A stretch of 64,000 nucleotides of DNA from Phycisphaerae bacterium (GCA_963675745.2 CAXXWX010000005.1:32001-96000); one strand, 5' to 3'. Numbered from the stretch's first letter, positions 49,636 through 60,925 are shown. The notes: generated by a model from the sequence alone, not told the origin. Numbers and translations: made by a program.

Positions 49636-50816
49636 TGAACGCTCACGAACGTCGTGGTCGAATTGTCGCGTTGCTCGCAATGCTGGCGCTGACGCCACCG
49701 GCCTTGGCCAACGCCGGCACGCCGCTGATGTGGCTGACGATGGGCCACCTGCTGATCGGTAACGCGCTCATCGGCGTGGGCGAAGCGGTCTTGATTGCCC
49801 GTCTGTTCAAAGCGCGCCTCTGTCTCGCGGTTCCCGTACTAATCGTGGCAAACTACGTATCAATGATCGCCGGTGCCGCGCTTGTTGGCCATTACGGAGG
49901 CGACATCGGGGGAATCGCCCGGCTGATTGTCGGCGAGGAGTCGCTCAGCAACGCCATTCGCTTCAACCTGCTGGCGTTGTTGTCATTGGCCTTTGTGACA
50001 ACACTTGTCGAGTGGCCGTTCGTATTCGCCGTGTTGCCCGCCAGGAACCGCGTCGCACGCTCGATCGTCGCCACGCTGGCCGCCCAAGCCGCGTCATACC
50101 TGGTGCTCACCTTGCTGTACTTCCGGGTCAGCAACATGTCCGTCGTCACGCAAACGGTCAACACTGATCCGGCCGACTTCGCGCGCACGACCAACGCTTG
50201 GGTTTACTACCTCCCCCTAGACCGTAGCGGTCTGTGGCGCGTGCGGCCCGACGGCGCTGACAACGCGCGCGTGCGCGAGATCGGTGCGCCCGACGAGTGG
50301 GCGCGGCTGTACTGGCTGCGATCGACTGACGGAGCGGGCTGGGATTTGTGGATCACAACTCCCGCGGATCGCCCCACGTATGTGCCGAGCGGTCCGCAAC
50401 GCCCGAAACAGCCGTTGCTCACGGGGCTGGCCGGCCGAGCCGCCATGCATCGGCGCGATGAGACGCCGGGGGGGACTCGCACCAACAATTGGACTTCCTG
50501 GGGCAAGGCGCCCGATCTCCGGCTGGCGGGCGCGGACGAACTGAGCGTCCGGGCCGGTTTCTGGCCTGCCGAGGGACTGGTTGTCGGGAAGGGAGACCTC
50601 TACACTGGGCGCTGCTTCGCCATGGAGACACCAGTCACAAATTGGGTTACGCGAAGTCCCACGCTGCTCCCACACGACCAGGTGGTCTACCAGCTCGGCG
50701 ACCAGATTGTGCTGCTCGATCTTAACACGCGCCAAATCGGCCTGATCACACGCGGCACCAGCCCGGTTGTCATCATCGAAGAAGCCCCGCCAACCAGCGC
50801 GCCGTCGGCCCCTTAG
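49635..50816 (+). CDS. Hypothetical membrane protein with soluble C-terminal domain
   Basis: Overlaps the aat stop; signal peptide, 4-5 TMs, then a beta-rich region. Confidence 0.75.
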
Positions 50817-50843
50817 TCTCGCCGGCCCACAAACCGGGTGTGG

Positions 50844-51218
50844 CTATCCGAGGAACAGGCGGCGTAAACGGCTGCCGATGTTGCTGCCGGAGAGGCGCGA
50901 CAGCTCGCCGGCGTCGAGCCAGTTGCCGTAGCACACCGTGCAGCTATCGAGAATCGTGCCGGGACTGAGCCGGCTGTTGAGCTTGATGAGCGTCGCGCCC
51001 TCGCAACGCGGGCACTTGAGCTGCGCGCCACTCGTGCCGGAGTCCGCTTTGGCGAACACGCGATCCTCGCCGAGCAACGACTTGGGGTGGGCCTCGAGCA
51101 ATCGTTCGAGCTCGAGCGCGTCAAGCCAGATTCCGTTGCATTGCGGACATCTGTCGATCTCGACGCCTTCGATTGTCTCGGACACCAATTCCTGGCCAGT
51201 GCATTTCGGGCAGTGCAT
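50844..51218 (-). CDS. Double zf-TFIIB-like zinc-ribbon protein
   Basis: CPKC...IDRCPQCNGIWLD..EL and CPRC...LDSCTVCYGNWLDAGEL. Confidence 0.88.
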   Translation of the reverse strand: MHCPKCTGQELVSETIEGVEIDRCPQCNGIWLDALELERLLEAHPKSLLGEDRVFAKADSGTSGAQLKCPRCEGATLIKLNSRLSPGTILDSCTVCYGNWLDAGELSRLSGSNIGSRLRRLFLG

Positions 51219-51318
51219 GATCGCTCCTTGTTCCGCGGTCGACCACTCACCACGCATCATACCAACCACACGTACCTCCGTCGTGCGGTCAAGCGCATCG
51301 ACCTGCCCAACAGCGCGT

Positions 51319-51350
51319 TTCTGACTTCCAACTTCTGACTTCTTACTTCC
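51319..51350. repeat. Heptamer tandem repeat (TTCYNAC x4)
   Basis: ttctgac ttccaac ttctgac ttcttac ttcc. Confidence 0.75.
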
Positions 51351-51405
51351 GCGCCGCGAGCGCGCCACCGGCACCAGCTTTCCCCGGGAACGCGCGAAAC
51401 ACCAC

Positions 51406-51440
51406 AAAAACCCCGCCGGCGCGCATCAGCGCCGGCGGGG
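51406..51440 (-). terminator. Rho-independent terminator of groEL
   Basis: Minus strand CCCCGCCGGCGC-tgatgc-GCGCCGGCGGGG TTTTT. Confidence 0.9.
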
Positions 51441-51476
51441 CAAACGATTACATCCGGAGATTGAGACGCCCGGGGG

Positions 51477-53108
51477 CTACATCGGCGGCATGCCGCCGCC
51501 ATGACCGCCCTTCTTGTCGTCCTTCTCCTTGATTTCGCTGATCACCGCGTCAGTGGTCAGCAGCAGGCTGGCGACGCTGGCGGCGTTCTCGAGCGCGACG
51601 CGCTCGACTTTCAGCGGGACGATCACGCCCATCTTGATCAGATCGCCGTACTCTTCGGTCAACGCGTTGTAGCCGAAGTTCTTGTCTTTGCCTTCCTGGA
51701 CCTTCTGGCAGACGATCGAGCCATCCAGGCCGGCGTTCTCGGCGATCTGTTTGATCGGGGCGCGCAGCGCGCGTCGGATGATCTCGACGCCCGTCTTCTC
51801 GTCGCCGCGCACCTTCTTGTAGGCCGCGTCCAGGGCGGCATCGCAGCGCAACACCGCCGTGCCGCCGCCGGCCAGGATACCCTCTTCAACAGCCGCCCGG
51901 CAGGCGTGCAGAGCATCTTCGACGCGGGCCTTCTTTTCCTTCATCTCGACCTCGGTCGCGGCGCCGACGTTGATCTGGGCCACGCCGCCCGAGAGCTTCG
52001 CGAGCCGCTCCTCGAGCTTCTCGCGGTCATAATCGCTGGTGGTGTTCTCGATTTCGGTCTTGATCGACTCGATGCGACCCTTGATGTCGCCGCTCTTGCC
52101 GGCACCCTCGATGATCGTGCAGGTTTCCTTCTCGACGATCACGCGCTTGGCCCGACCCAGGTCGGCCAGCTCTGTTTTCTCCAGGGTTACGCCCAGATCC
52201 TCGAAGACCGCCCTCCCGCCGGTGAGCGTCGCGATGTCCTCGAGCATTGCCTTGCGGCGATCGCCAAAGCCGGGGGCCTTGACCGCCGCGCACTGGATGA
52301 TGCCGCGCAGGCGATTGAGCACCAGCGTCGCGAGGGCCTCTCCCTCGATATCCTCGGCGACTACCAGCAGCGGCTTGCCGGCCTTGGCCACCTTTTCGAG
52401 CAGCGGCAGGAAGTCCTTGATGTTGGTGATCTTCTTCTCATGAATCAGCACGTACGCGTCATCCAGCACGCATTCCATGGATTCGGGCTTGTTGATGAAG
52501 TGCGGCGAGATGTAGCCCTTGTCGAACTGCATACCTTCGACCAGGTCGACCGTGGTTTCGAGGCTCTTACCCTCCTCGACCGTGATCACGCCATCCTTGC
52601 CGACCTTCTCCATCGCCTCGGCGATGATGTCGCCGATGCCCTTATCCTGGTTGGCGGCGCACATGCCTACCTGGGCGATCTGGACCTTGCCCTTGACCGG
52701 CGTGGCCATGTTGGTGAGCTCGGCGATCACCGCCGCCACACCCGCGTCGATGCCGCGCTTCAGCGACATGGCGCCGGCGCCGGCGGCGAGGTTCTTGAGA
52801 CCCTCGTCGAAGATGGCCTCGGCGTAGATGGTCGCGGTGGTCGTGCCGTCACCAGCGACGGTTGACGTCTTGCTGGCAACTTCCTTGACCATCTGAGCGC
52901 CCATATTCTCATTGGCCTCTTCCAACTCGATTTCCTTGGCGACGGTTACGCCGTCCTTCGTCACCGTCGGCGCGCCGAACGATTTCTCCAGTACGACGTT
53001 CCGGCCGCGCGGGCCGAGCGTGACCTTGACGGCCTTGGCCAGGGTTCGCACTCCACGGCGGATGCCCTCGCGGGCTTCCATGTCATAAGCGATTTGTTTC
53101 GCTGGCAT
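51477..53108 (-). CDS. groEL: Chaperonin GroEL
   Basis: [36 protein letters not shown]. Confidence 0.98.
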   Translation of the reverse strand: MPAKQIAYDMEAREGIRRGVRTLAKAVKVTLGPRGRNVVLEKSFGAPTVTKDGVTVAKEIELEEANENMGAQMVKEVASKTSTVAGDGTTTATIYAEAIFDEGLKNLAAGAGAMSLKRGIDAGVAAVIAELTNMATPVKGKVQIAQVGMCAANQDKGIGDIIAEAMEKVGKDGVITVEEGKSLETTVDLVEGMQFDKGYISPHFINKPESMECVLDDAYVLIHEKKITNIKDFLPLLEKVAKAGKPLLVVAEDIEGEALATLVLNRLRGIIQCAAVKAPGFGDRRKAMLEDIATLTGGRAVFEDLGVTLEKTELADLGRAKRVIVEKETCTIIEGAGKSGDIKGRIESIKTEIENTTSDYDREKLEERLAKLSGGVAQINVGAATEVEMKEKKARVEDALHACRAAVEEGILAGGGTAVLRCDAALDAAYKKVRGDEKTGVEIIRRALRAPIKQIAENAGLDGSIVCQKVQEGKDKNFGYNALTEEYGDLIKMGVIVPLKVERVALENAASVASLLLTTDAVISEIKEKDDKKGGHGGGMPPM

Positions 53109-53213
53109 CTACTTCTCCCTGCTGCGATGTGTCGCATCTGTGGTGTCAGGCCGGTGGGCCTGTCGAGGTTTTGCTGGTTTCTCTGGTGAGCTGATCGAAT
53201 CGTGACGTCGAGA

Positions 53214-53510
53214 CTAATCGAGGATGGCGAGAATATCGCTCTCATCCATGATGATCATCTCTTCGCCTTCAACCTTGACTTCGGTGCCCCCATAGCTGGT
53301 GAACAGCACTTGATCGCCGGCCTTGACCTGCAAGCTCTGGCGCTCCCCACTGTCAAGCAGCCGACCATCGCCGATGCTCAGTACGGTGCCGCGCTTCGGC
53401 TTTTCCTTGGCGGTCTCCGGCAGCACAATCCCGCCGGCGGTAACGTCTTCGGCGTCCATCCGCTTGACCAGAACCTTGTCGCCCAGAGGACGAATCCCAA
53501 CTCGCGCCAT
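53214..53510 (-). CDS. groES: Co-chaperonin GroES
   Basis: IRPLGDKVLV, TAGGIVLP, ESDILA. Confidence 0.97.
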   Translation of the reverse strand: MARVGIRPLGDKVLVKRMDAEDVTAGGIVLPETAKEKPKRGTVLSIGDGRLLDSGERQSLQVKAGDQVLFTSYGGTEVKVEGEEMIIMDESDILAILD

Positions 53511-53609
53511 GCTTTGCTCCTTCGTTCGCGTCGTCGCGTTGTCAATCCTGCCATTAGCTCACCCAACGGGCTCTCCCTGAGCCTGTAAAGGTGCGTGGAG
53601 GTTATAATG

Positions 53610-53624
53610 GCAAGCAGCGTGCCA
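53610..53624 (-). promoter_or_regulatory. Sigma54-type -24/-12 promoter
   Basis: TGGCACG-CTGC-TTGC, 100 bp upstream of groES. Confidence 0.7.
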
Positions 53625-53916
53625 CTCGGAACAGCCTTCAGGGCAACATTCCTAAGTGCCGCTTGATACTGCTGTTATGAAAACGCCCTATCCGTGGCCA
53701 GTCCCCGGTTCGCCCCTTTGGCGGCAGTACCGCCTCCGCCGACTGTCAAACCGGCAGGCCACTTGCGCCGGCAACCAGAGCACGCCGGTACGCACACGAG
53801 CCGCCGGCTGATGCCTGCGGCTCGTGCGTGATCGTGCCGTGCTGGAGGAAACCGGCGGCCGATGGGCCAAACGCGACGGCGACACTCCGGCCACCTTCGG
53901 CGTTGTCAAGGCCGGA

Positions 53917-55962
53917 CTACTCCCCCTCGTCCAGCCCCAGGTGTTTGACGAATGCGTCCATCTGCGGCGGTCGCCCCAGGTAATCGGTCAACATCTCCAT
54001 TTCGTCGCGCGTCCCGCCGCGCGCCAGGATCTTCTCGCGAAACTCCGCCCCCGCCTCCGGGGCGAGCATCCCCTGCTGGCGGATTCTCTCGGCGATGTCG
54101 TGGGCGTAGACGAGCGACCACAAGTAGCTGTAGTAGCCCGCCTGATAGCCGAGCAAGTGGCCAAACCCCGCCTCGAAGAATGTATTCGGAGCCGCCGTGT
54201 AGAGAGTGACCTCAGTGTACGTGTCATTTCCGACGGTCGTGGTGTCGACGTCGCCATCGGTGTCGGTGTGGTAGCGCATGTCGGTCATGCCGAGCCAGAT
54301 CTGGGCCAGGTTCTTCAGCCCCGAGCAGAAGTTGCGCGCTTTGATCATGCGGTCAACCAGCTCGTCGGGAATCGGCTCGCCGGTCTTGTAGTGTTTCGCG
54401 AAGCGCTTGAGCACATCGCGATCCCAGACCCAGTTCTCGAACATCTGCGACGGAGTTTCTACGAAATCGGTCGTCGTGCGTGTGCCGCTGAACCGGTAGT
54501 AGCGTGACTCGCTCAGCAGCGTGTGCAGCCCGTGGCCATACTCGTGGAAGAACGTGACAAGCTGCTCGTGAGAAAGCAGCGGCGGCTTGTCCTCGCCGGG
54601 CGACGTGAAGTTGCAGAGCATCACGATGAGCGGCTTTTCGACCGTGCCGTCAAGCCACGTCTTGCGCGGGACGGCGCCCCAGCACCACGCCCCCTGGTCC
54701 TTGGCCTCGCGCGGGAACAGGTCCATGTAGATCGTGCCCATGGTCTTCCCGCTGGCTTTGTCGCGGACCTGAAACACGCGAATCTCGGGGTCCCAGACGG
54801 GCACCGGGTGCTTGCTCGCGTCATCGGTCACGTTTTCGTATGCGAGCCCGTAAAGCGTCCCGGTCACCATGAAAAGCCCGTCGAGAACGCTGTCGAGCGG
54901 GAAATACTCACGCACCTTCTCGGTGTCCACCGCGTAGTTCTCGCGCAGCAGCATATTCTGATAGAACGACTGATCCCACGGATTGAGCGTCGCCGCCGGG
55001 TCGCCGGTGTGACGCCGTTTGGCGGCCAGCAATTCGTCGAAATCCACTTGGGCCTTGCGCGTTACCAGTGGAATCAGATCTTCGTAAAACTTCCACACGG
55101 TCTCGACGTTCTTCGTCATCTCGGTCTCGAGCTGGTACGAAGCGACCGTGTCGTGGCCCAACAACTCCACCCGCTCGTGCCGCAGCTTGAGAATCTTCTT
55201 CAAGACGTCCACGTTGCGTTGCCCCGCCTGGCGGCGCGCGGCAATGTAGACCTTGTGGCGCGTCGTCTCGTTTTCGCAGAAGTCCTGAATCGGCGCGAAG
55301 ATCGGCCAGTCCAGCGGCACGATGTATAGCTCGCCGGACATCTTCTGCTTGAGCGCGTCAAGCACGTGTTGCGGCGTGCCCTTGAGCTCCTCGGCGGTGA
55401 GCAGGACTCGGGTGGGGTCTTCGTTGATGTTCCGGTCAAACTCGATGCTGAGCTCGGTCAGTTGTTTCTCAAGGCCTTTGAGCTTTTCGCGTTTTTCCGG
55501 TGGAAGTGCCATGCCGGCTCGCCGGTAGTCGCGCAGCAGGTGGTCCAGATAGCGCTGCTGCACCGGGTCGAGCTGAGGATTGCGCGCGGCGAGCGCCTGG
55601 ATCGCATGATACAGGTCCTCGCGTTTGCTGAACTCGGTGGCCCAGTCGCTTTCGTCCTTGTTGGCCTGCCACCCAAGATCGCGCTTGGCCGGGTCGGTCG
55701 AAACCGAGGCCATGAGCTGGGTGTACCAGACATCCTTCTGCAACTGCATCTGCATGTCATCAAGGGCGCCGATCGTGTTGTTGAAATCGCGCTGATCGTC
55801 CGGGATGTCGACGATCTGCTGTATGGCCGCGTCGGCCCGCTTGAGCGCATCGGCGATCGGTGAGTTCTCGGGGATTTCGTAGGCCAGGCCTGCCGATGTC
55901 GCCGCCAACGAGGCGAGGACACATCCCCAGGCAAGTGTACGTAGACGGATTAGTGAGCGCAT
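53917..55962 (-). CDS. Exported M3A metallopeptidase (thimet oligopeptidase-like)
   Basis: Signal peptide; FHEYGHGLH; DFVETPSQMFENW; GYYSYLWS. Confidence 0.93.
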   Translation of the reverse strand: MRSLIRLRTLAWGCVLASLAATSAGLAYEIPENSPIADALKRADAAIQQIVDIPDDQRDFNNTIGALDDMQMQLQKDVWYTQLMASVSTDPAKRDLGWQANKDESDWATEFSKREDLYHAIQALAARNPQLDPVQQRYLDHLLRDYRRAGMALPPEKREKLKGLEKQLTELSIEFDRNINEDPTRVLLTAEELKGTPQHVLDALKQKMSGELYIVPLDWPIFAPIQDFCENETTRHKVYIAARRQAGQRNVDVLKKILKLRHERVELLGHDTVASYQLETEMTKNVETVWKFYEDLIPLVTRKAQVDFDELLAAKRRHTGDPAATLNPWDQSFYQNMLLRENYAVDTEKVREYFPLDSVLDGLFMVTGTLYGLAYENVTDDASKHPVPVWDPEIRVFQVRDKASGKTMGTIYMDLFPREAKDQGAWCWGAVPRKTWLDGTVEKPLIVMLCNFTSPGEDKPPLLSHEQLVTFFHEYGHGLHTLLSESRYYRFSGTRTTTDFVETPSQMFENWVWDRDVLKRFAKHYKTGEPIPDELVDRMIKARNFCSGLKNLAQIWLGMTDMRYHTDTDGDVDTTTVGNDTYTEVTLYTAAPNTFFEAGFGHLLGYQAGYYSYLWSLVYAHDIAERIRQQGMLAPEAGAEFREKILARGGTRDEMEMLTDYLGRPPQMDAFVKHLGLDEGE

Positions 55963-56085
55963 GTCTGTTGAAGCCTCCGTTTTCAGGCCCGCAACAGAGC
56001 TCGGCCCAACCCCGAGCGGGCGGATAGTGAGCATACGCCTGCGCCACACGGAGACGGCTGCTGAGGCTCCGGTCGGGCGGCGTTC

Positions 56086-56553
56086 CTAGTCGATTCCCCC
56101 GATGTCCTGATTGAATACCAGCATGGTAATCATGGCCTCGCGCTGGTTGTGTTGCGCGGTAATCGCCATGAATCGCTGGATGCGCGCCCCCGCATCAGCT
56201 ATCAGCAGACGGTCGCTGCACTTTATCTGATCCAACTCGCCCGTGATCCACTCCGCCATTTTGAGGATTTCGTCATGCTCGTGCTTGATCCGCTCGACCT
56301 GATCAGACAACGTCGGCCGCACCTCGAGCACGTGCGCGAGATAGCCCCCCGAGCGTTTCACATCGTAGTTGATCTTCAGGTGCGATTTCAGCCGCTTGAA
56401 GCTCTCGCGCAAACCTCTCAACCAGTCGTCACACTCGACGCCCGGCTGCGCGACGATGTGCTCCTTGATCATGTGGTTGAGATCCAAAAGCGCCTTGTGC
56501 TGCTCCTGCATCCAGGCGGCCATTTCCTGTTCCGACATCGATCCTGAACTCAT
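56086..56553 (-). CDS. Hemerythrin-like domain protein
   Basis: Helical, with spaced His motifs (QH, HL, HEH, HNQRE). Confidence 0.65.
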   Translation of the reverse strand: MSSGSMSEQEMAAWMQEQHKALLDLNHMIKEHIVAQPGVECDDWLRGLRESFKRLKSHLKINYDVKRSGGYLAHVLEVRPTLSDQVERIKHEHDEILKMAEWITGELDQIKCSDRLLIADAGARIQRFMAITAQHNQREAMITMLVFNQDIGGID

Positions 56554-56720
56554 TACGCGACTCCTTGCCGGCTAACGCATCCTGCGGCAGAACGACCGTC
56601 TATCTCGGCCGGAGTATATCCGAACAACCCGGCCAGTGGTAGCCAGCGCCGCGAGCAGCCCCTGGCCGGGGCCGCGACACCTGCGGCGGGAATTCCGCGC
56701 CGGTGGTTTCCGAGTTACTC

Positions 56721-56902
56721 GCCCCGCAGGGGCGCCTGAACATAGCCCAGTACGCAGTGCTGGGTTTCGATCGCGTACCCGGCCCTTGAGTCCCGCACGG
56801 GACGACTGAAAGCTCAGCCGTCCCGGTGGGACTGGGTCTTCACGTGGCGACGATTGCCCCAGCACTGCGTACTGGGCTATGTTCATTGCGTCCCTGCGGG
56901 AC
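56721..56902. repeat. Nested palindromic REP/MITE-like element
   Basis: Perfect 28-bp IR 56737-56764 / 56858-56885, plus inner and outer GTCCC..GGGAC-type hairpins. Confidence 0.85.
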
Positions 56903-56993
56903 GACATGGCTACGGCCCCCGACTGTGTCACCGCCCCCCCGGGCCGTGTGCCGCCGGATAACACGCCGGATGCGTCCTTACGCGCCCCGCTCG

Positions 56994-59108
56994 CTATCCA
57001 TGCGCCGGCAGGTAATAATCGCGCGTGTAGTCGCCCAACATCCGGTGCGTACTGAACTGCCCGCACACGGACCGCATCGAAGCGTGCATCATCTTGACCC
57101 AGCGTTTCGGGATGCCGTCCCGACCGCGATCGTAAAACGCCGGCACGATTTCCCGTTCGAGCAACTCGTACAGCGCCCCCACGTCGTAGCTGTCCTGCCG
57201 CGCCTGGCTCTTGAACTGTCGGCCTTCCCCAATCTGCCAACCGTTCTTGCCGTTGTAGGCCTCCGGCCACCAGCCATCCGGGATCGAGCAGTTCAACCCG
57301 CCATGCAGCGGCGGCTTCATCCCGCTGGTACCCGAGGCCTCCCGTGGCCTGAGCGGGTTGTTGAGCCACACGTCGCACCCGCCGGTGAGCATGCGTCCGA
57401 CGTGCATGTCGTAATTCTCGAGCAGGACCACGCGCCCGTGAAAGCCGGCCCGGCGCGCGTGCCTGTAGATCTGTCGCGCAAAAGCCTGGCCGGCGGCGTC
57501 CGCCGGGTGGGCCTTGCCGGCGAAAACAAGCTGCACCGGCCGATTGGGATCACCCAGTATGCGCGCCAGGCGCCGGGCATCCTTGAATATCAGCGGCGCG
57601 CGCTTGTACGTGGCAAACCTGCGGGCGAATCCGATTGTCAGGGCACACTCGTCCAGCGTTTCGTATGCCGCCATCAGATCTTCCACCGGCCCCAGCCGAC
57701 GCCGAATCTGTTCGACCAGGCGCTGGCGGATGAAGAGCACCAGCTTGCGCCGCAGCACGCCGCGCGTTTTCCACAGCTCGGCCGGTGGAATCCGGCCGGC
57801 ATGCGACCACGGATTGCTGTCCGGCCGCGCGCCGAGCCATTTCGGCTTCAGATAGCGCGCGTACAGCGCGTCCATCTCGGGTGCCAGCCAGGTTTGAGAG
57901 TGAACGCCGTTGGTCACATACCCGATCGGGACGTCCTCAACGTGTGCGACATTATGCACGTGGCGCCACATTTCCCGCGAAACCTGCCCGTGAATCTTCG
58001 CCACACCGTTGCGGCGCTCACTGAGGTTAAGCGCCAGCACGGTCATGCAGAACGGCTCGGCCCGCGCGCGGGGATCTTCTCGCCCCAATGCCAGGAATCC
58101 GGCTCGCGATAACCCCAGATCGTTGGCCAGCGGGCCCAGGTAGCGCATAGTCAACTTGGGATCAAAGCGATCGTGGCCGGCGGGCACCGGGGTGTGCGTC
58201 GTGAAAACCGTTGATCCGCGCACCTTCTCAATCGCGGCTGCCTGTCCGACGCGCTTGCCGCGAAGCTGACGCAGTCGTTCGAGGGCACAGAACGCGGCGT
58301 GCCCTTCATTCAGATGAAACACCGTCGCGCGGATTCCGAGCTGTTGCAGCGCTCGCACACCGCCAATGCCCAGCACAATCTCCTGCTGAATTCGCGTTTC
58401 GCTGTCACCCCCGTATAGCTGCCGCGTGATTGCGCGATCGCGCGGCCGATTCTGCGGAATGTCCGTATCGAGCAGGTAGAGCGGAACGCGCCCGACCTGA
58501 AGACACCAGATCCTGGCGGCGACCACACGTTTGCCGAGCGGCACATCGACACACCGGCCCGTATCGGTCAGCGGGAAACGACCGAAGTCGTGGGCGTGAC
58601 GCGCCACGATTGTCGCGCCGTAGCGGTCAAACGACTGGTCGTAGAATCCCTCCCGATAAAGCAGCCCCACACCCACCAGCGGGATACCGAGGTCCGAAGC
58701 CGACTTGAGATGATCGCCCGCCAGCACACCCAGGCCGCCGGAGTACTGCGGGAACGACTCGTGGACGGCGAACTCGGCGCAGAAGTAGGCCACGCGCATG
58801 CGTCGCTGGCGCGGCGTCGCGGTCTTCTGAAACCAGGTCCTGGCGGACAAATAGCGCTTCAGGTCGCGCTCGACATTCGCCAGGTGCCGGACAGACGCGG
58901 CGTCGCCGGCAAGTTGCGCCAGACGCTGTGGTTCGAGGGTACGCAAAACATCGAGAGGCGCATGGTTGGTCGCCCGCCACTGCACCGGATCGAGTGCGGC
59001 GAAGAGGCGCTGCGCATCGTGATTCCAGGTCCACCACATATTCCGGGCGAGCGCATCAAGCCTGTCGTGCAGTTTCTCACCGACGTTGCGGCCGGTTTGC
59101 TTGGTCAT
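56994..59108 (-). CDS. glgP: Alpha-glucan (glycogen/maltodextrin) phosphorylase
   Basis: YSGGLGVLAGD, HLNEGH, ARRFATYKR, EASGTSGMK. Confidence 0.96.
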   Translation of the reverse strand: MTKQTGRNVGEKLHDRLDALARNMWWTWNHDAQRLFAALDPVQWRATNHAPLDVLRTLEPQRLAQLAGDAASVRHLANVERDLKRYLSARTWFQKTATPRQRRMRVAYFCAEFAVHESFPQYSGGLGVLAGDHLKSASDLGIPLVGVGLLYREGFYDQSFDRYGATIVARHAHDFGRFPLTDTGRCVDVPLGKRVVAARIWCLQVGRVPLYLLDTDIPQNRPRDRAITRQLYGGDSETRIQQEIVLGIGGVRALQQLGIRATVFHLNEGHAAFCALERLRQLRGKRVGQAAAIEKVRGSTVFTTHTPVPAGHDRFDPKLTMRYLGPLANDLGLSRAGFLALGREDPRARAEPFCMTVLALNLSERRNGVAKIHGQVSREMWRHVHNVAHVEDVPIGYVTNGVHSQTWLAPEMDALYARYLKPKWLGARPDSNPWSHAGRIPPAELWKTRGVLRRKLVLFIRQRLVEQIRRRLGPVEDLMAAYETLDECALTIGFARRFATYKRAPLIFKDARRLARILGDPNRPVQLVFAGKAHPADAAGQAFARQIYRHARRAGFHGRVVLLENYDMHVGRMLTGGCDVWLNNPLRPREASGTSGMKPPLHGGLNCSIPDGWWPEAYNGKNGWQIGEGRQFKSQARQDSYDVGALYELLEREIVPAFYDRGRDGIPKRWVKMMHASMRSVCGQFSTHRMLGDYTRDYYLPAHG

Positions 59109-59303
59109 GGTGAGTCTCCAGCTTCCTGCGTGTAATCGTGTGTACCGATCGGCGTTTTCGGGCCTCGACAGCCCACACAGCGTCGTCCGCCACGATGATC
59201 ATTGCGGGACCACGAATATCATTGTGGGACCGGTTTTTAACCGGTCATGAGCACAGGCGGCGCCACCATGCGCCGGCATATCCCGATCTTCCACGCCTCC
59301 TCA

Positions 59304-59327
59304 GCCGACGGGGACGTCGGCCGCTGC
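59304..59327. repeat. REP-like palindrome, family A copy 4 (reverse orientation)
   Basis: Reverse complement reads GCAGCGGCCGACGTCCCCGTCGGC. Confidence 0.7.
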
Positions 59328-59335
59328 GGTTTTGG

Positions 59336-60904
59336 TCAGTGGCGCCTCTTGGTCGTGCTCGGCAACGGGCGCACGCGGTCGTATGCCTCGGACAATCCGC
59401 GCAGCCGACGGGCGAGCCGCGCCGTCAGGCTCTTCGCCGGCAAGCGCCAGGTCCAGTTCCCGGTCGGTTTGCCCGGGACGTTCATCCTGGCGGCGTTGTC
59501 CAACTGGAGCACGTCCTGTACCGGGATAATCGCGGTGTTGGCCGACGATATGTAGGCGGCCCGGATCAGGTCCCAACATATTTCGTGCCCGTCGGTCCCG
59601 ACATAACGCAGCAGACGGTCGTATTGGGACAAGCCGCCCCGCGCCCGCCGTTGCCGCTTCGCTTCGCGTTTGATCCGCTGGAACCAGCCCAGAGCCGTCT
59701 CGTTGTCATGCGTGCCGGTGTACACCACGCAGTCAGGCGGATGGGCGTGCGGTTCATCATAAAACTGCTCGCCCCAGAACGCATTCAGCAACAGACGCAT
59801 CCCGGGGTAGCCGAACTTCTCGCGCAGCTTCACCGCCTGGGGCGTAACCAGCCCGAGGTCTTCCGCGATGATCTCGACGCGTCCCAACGCGCGAGTAACC
59901 GCGGAGAGCAACTCATCGCCTGGCGTGGGTATCCACTTCCCGCGCCGGGCCGTCTTGGCACGCCCCGGCACCGCCCACAGGCGACAGAACCCGAGAAAGT
60001 GGTCGATGCGCGCCCCGTCAAACTGCTCGACCAATCGCCGACAGCGCGCAATCCACCATGCCCACCTGGTCCTGCGATGTCGCGGCCAGGCGTAATGCGG
60101 GTGGTTCCAGAGTTGACCATCTTTCGAGAAATAGTCCGGCGGCACGCCGGTGACAATCTTCGGACGCCGCTGGGCGTCAAGTGCGAACAGCTCCGGGCTG
60201 CCCCAGACGTCGGCGCTGTCGGTCGCCACGAATATGGGCAGATCGCCCACCAGCCCCACGCCGCGCTTGCTGGCGTAGGCGCGCAATGCCGCCCACTGGC
60301 GGTCAAACTCGAACTGGCAGAACCGCTCGAAGTCGAGCTCGCCGGCGAAATCTCGCCGAAGTTGGCGCAGCTCGGCGCGGCTTGCCAGCCGCAAGGCCCG
60401 CGGCCACTCAAACCACGCCTTGCCATGATTCCGGCGTTTCAGCGTGGCGAACAGGGCCCAGTTGTCGAGCCACCCGCCTTGTTGCTGACAGTAGTGCTTG
60501 AACTCGGGATCGGTGAGCCCGCCGAGGTCGGCAAAACGCACAAAAGCCCGGCGCAGCCGCGCCAGGCGATAGCGCATCGTCGTGCCGAACACGACCCGCT
60601 CGTCGCGCAACCCGGCAACCGGTCGCAGGTCCGCCGACTTCAGCAGGCCCTCTTGCTTCAGACGATCGAGGCTGATCAGGTGCGGGCCGCCCGCGAATGC
60701 GGAGAGTGGGCTGTAGGGCGAATAACCCAGCCCCGGCGGGTTGGTCGGCAGCATCTGCCACCAGCGCTGGCCGGCGTCCGCCATGAAGTCCACAAAACGG
60801 TAGGCCGCCGGGCCAAGATCGCCGCTGCCGCCGTTGCCCGGTAACGAGGTCGGGTGCAGCAGCAGGCCGCAGGCCCGCTGATCAAAGCGAAACGCTGGTT
60901 TCAT
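59336..60904 (-). CDS. malQ: 4-alpha-glucanotransferase (GH77)
   Basis: LLHPTSLPG, GVPPDYFS..GQLW, RIDHF, IAEDLG, YTGTHDN, RMNVPG. Confidence 0.96.
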   Translation of the reverse strand: MKPAFRFDQRACGLLLHPTSLPGNGGSGDLGPAAYRFVDFMADAGQRWWQMLPTNPPGLGYSPYSPLSAFAGGPHLISLDRLKQEGLLKSADLRPVAGLRDERVVFGTTMRYRLARLRRAFVRFADLGGLTDPEFKHYCQQQGGWLDNWALFATLKRRNHGKAWFEWPRALRLASRAELRQLRRDFAGELDFERFCQFEFDRQWAALRAYASKRGVGLVGDLPIFVATDSADVWGSPELFALDAQRRPKIVTGVPPDYFSKDGQLWNHPHYAWPRHRRTRWAWWIARCRRLVEQFDGARIDHFLGFCRLWAVPGRAKTARRGKWIPTPGDELLSAVTRALGRVEIIAEDLGLVTPQAVKLREKFGYPGMRLLLNAFWGEQFYDEPHAHPPDCVVYTGTHDNETALGWFQRIKREAKRQRRARGGLSQYDRLLRYVGTDGHEICWDLIRAAYISSANTAIIPVQDVLQLDNAARMNVPGKPTGNWTWRLPAKSLTARLARRLRGLSEAYDRVRPLPSTTKRRH

Positions 60905-60925
60905 CGGGCGCTTGCCTCGCCTGGA

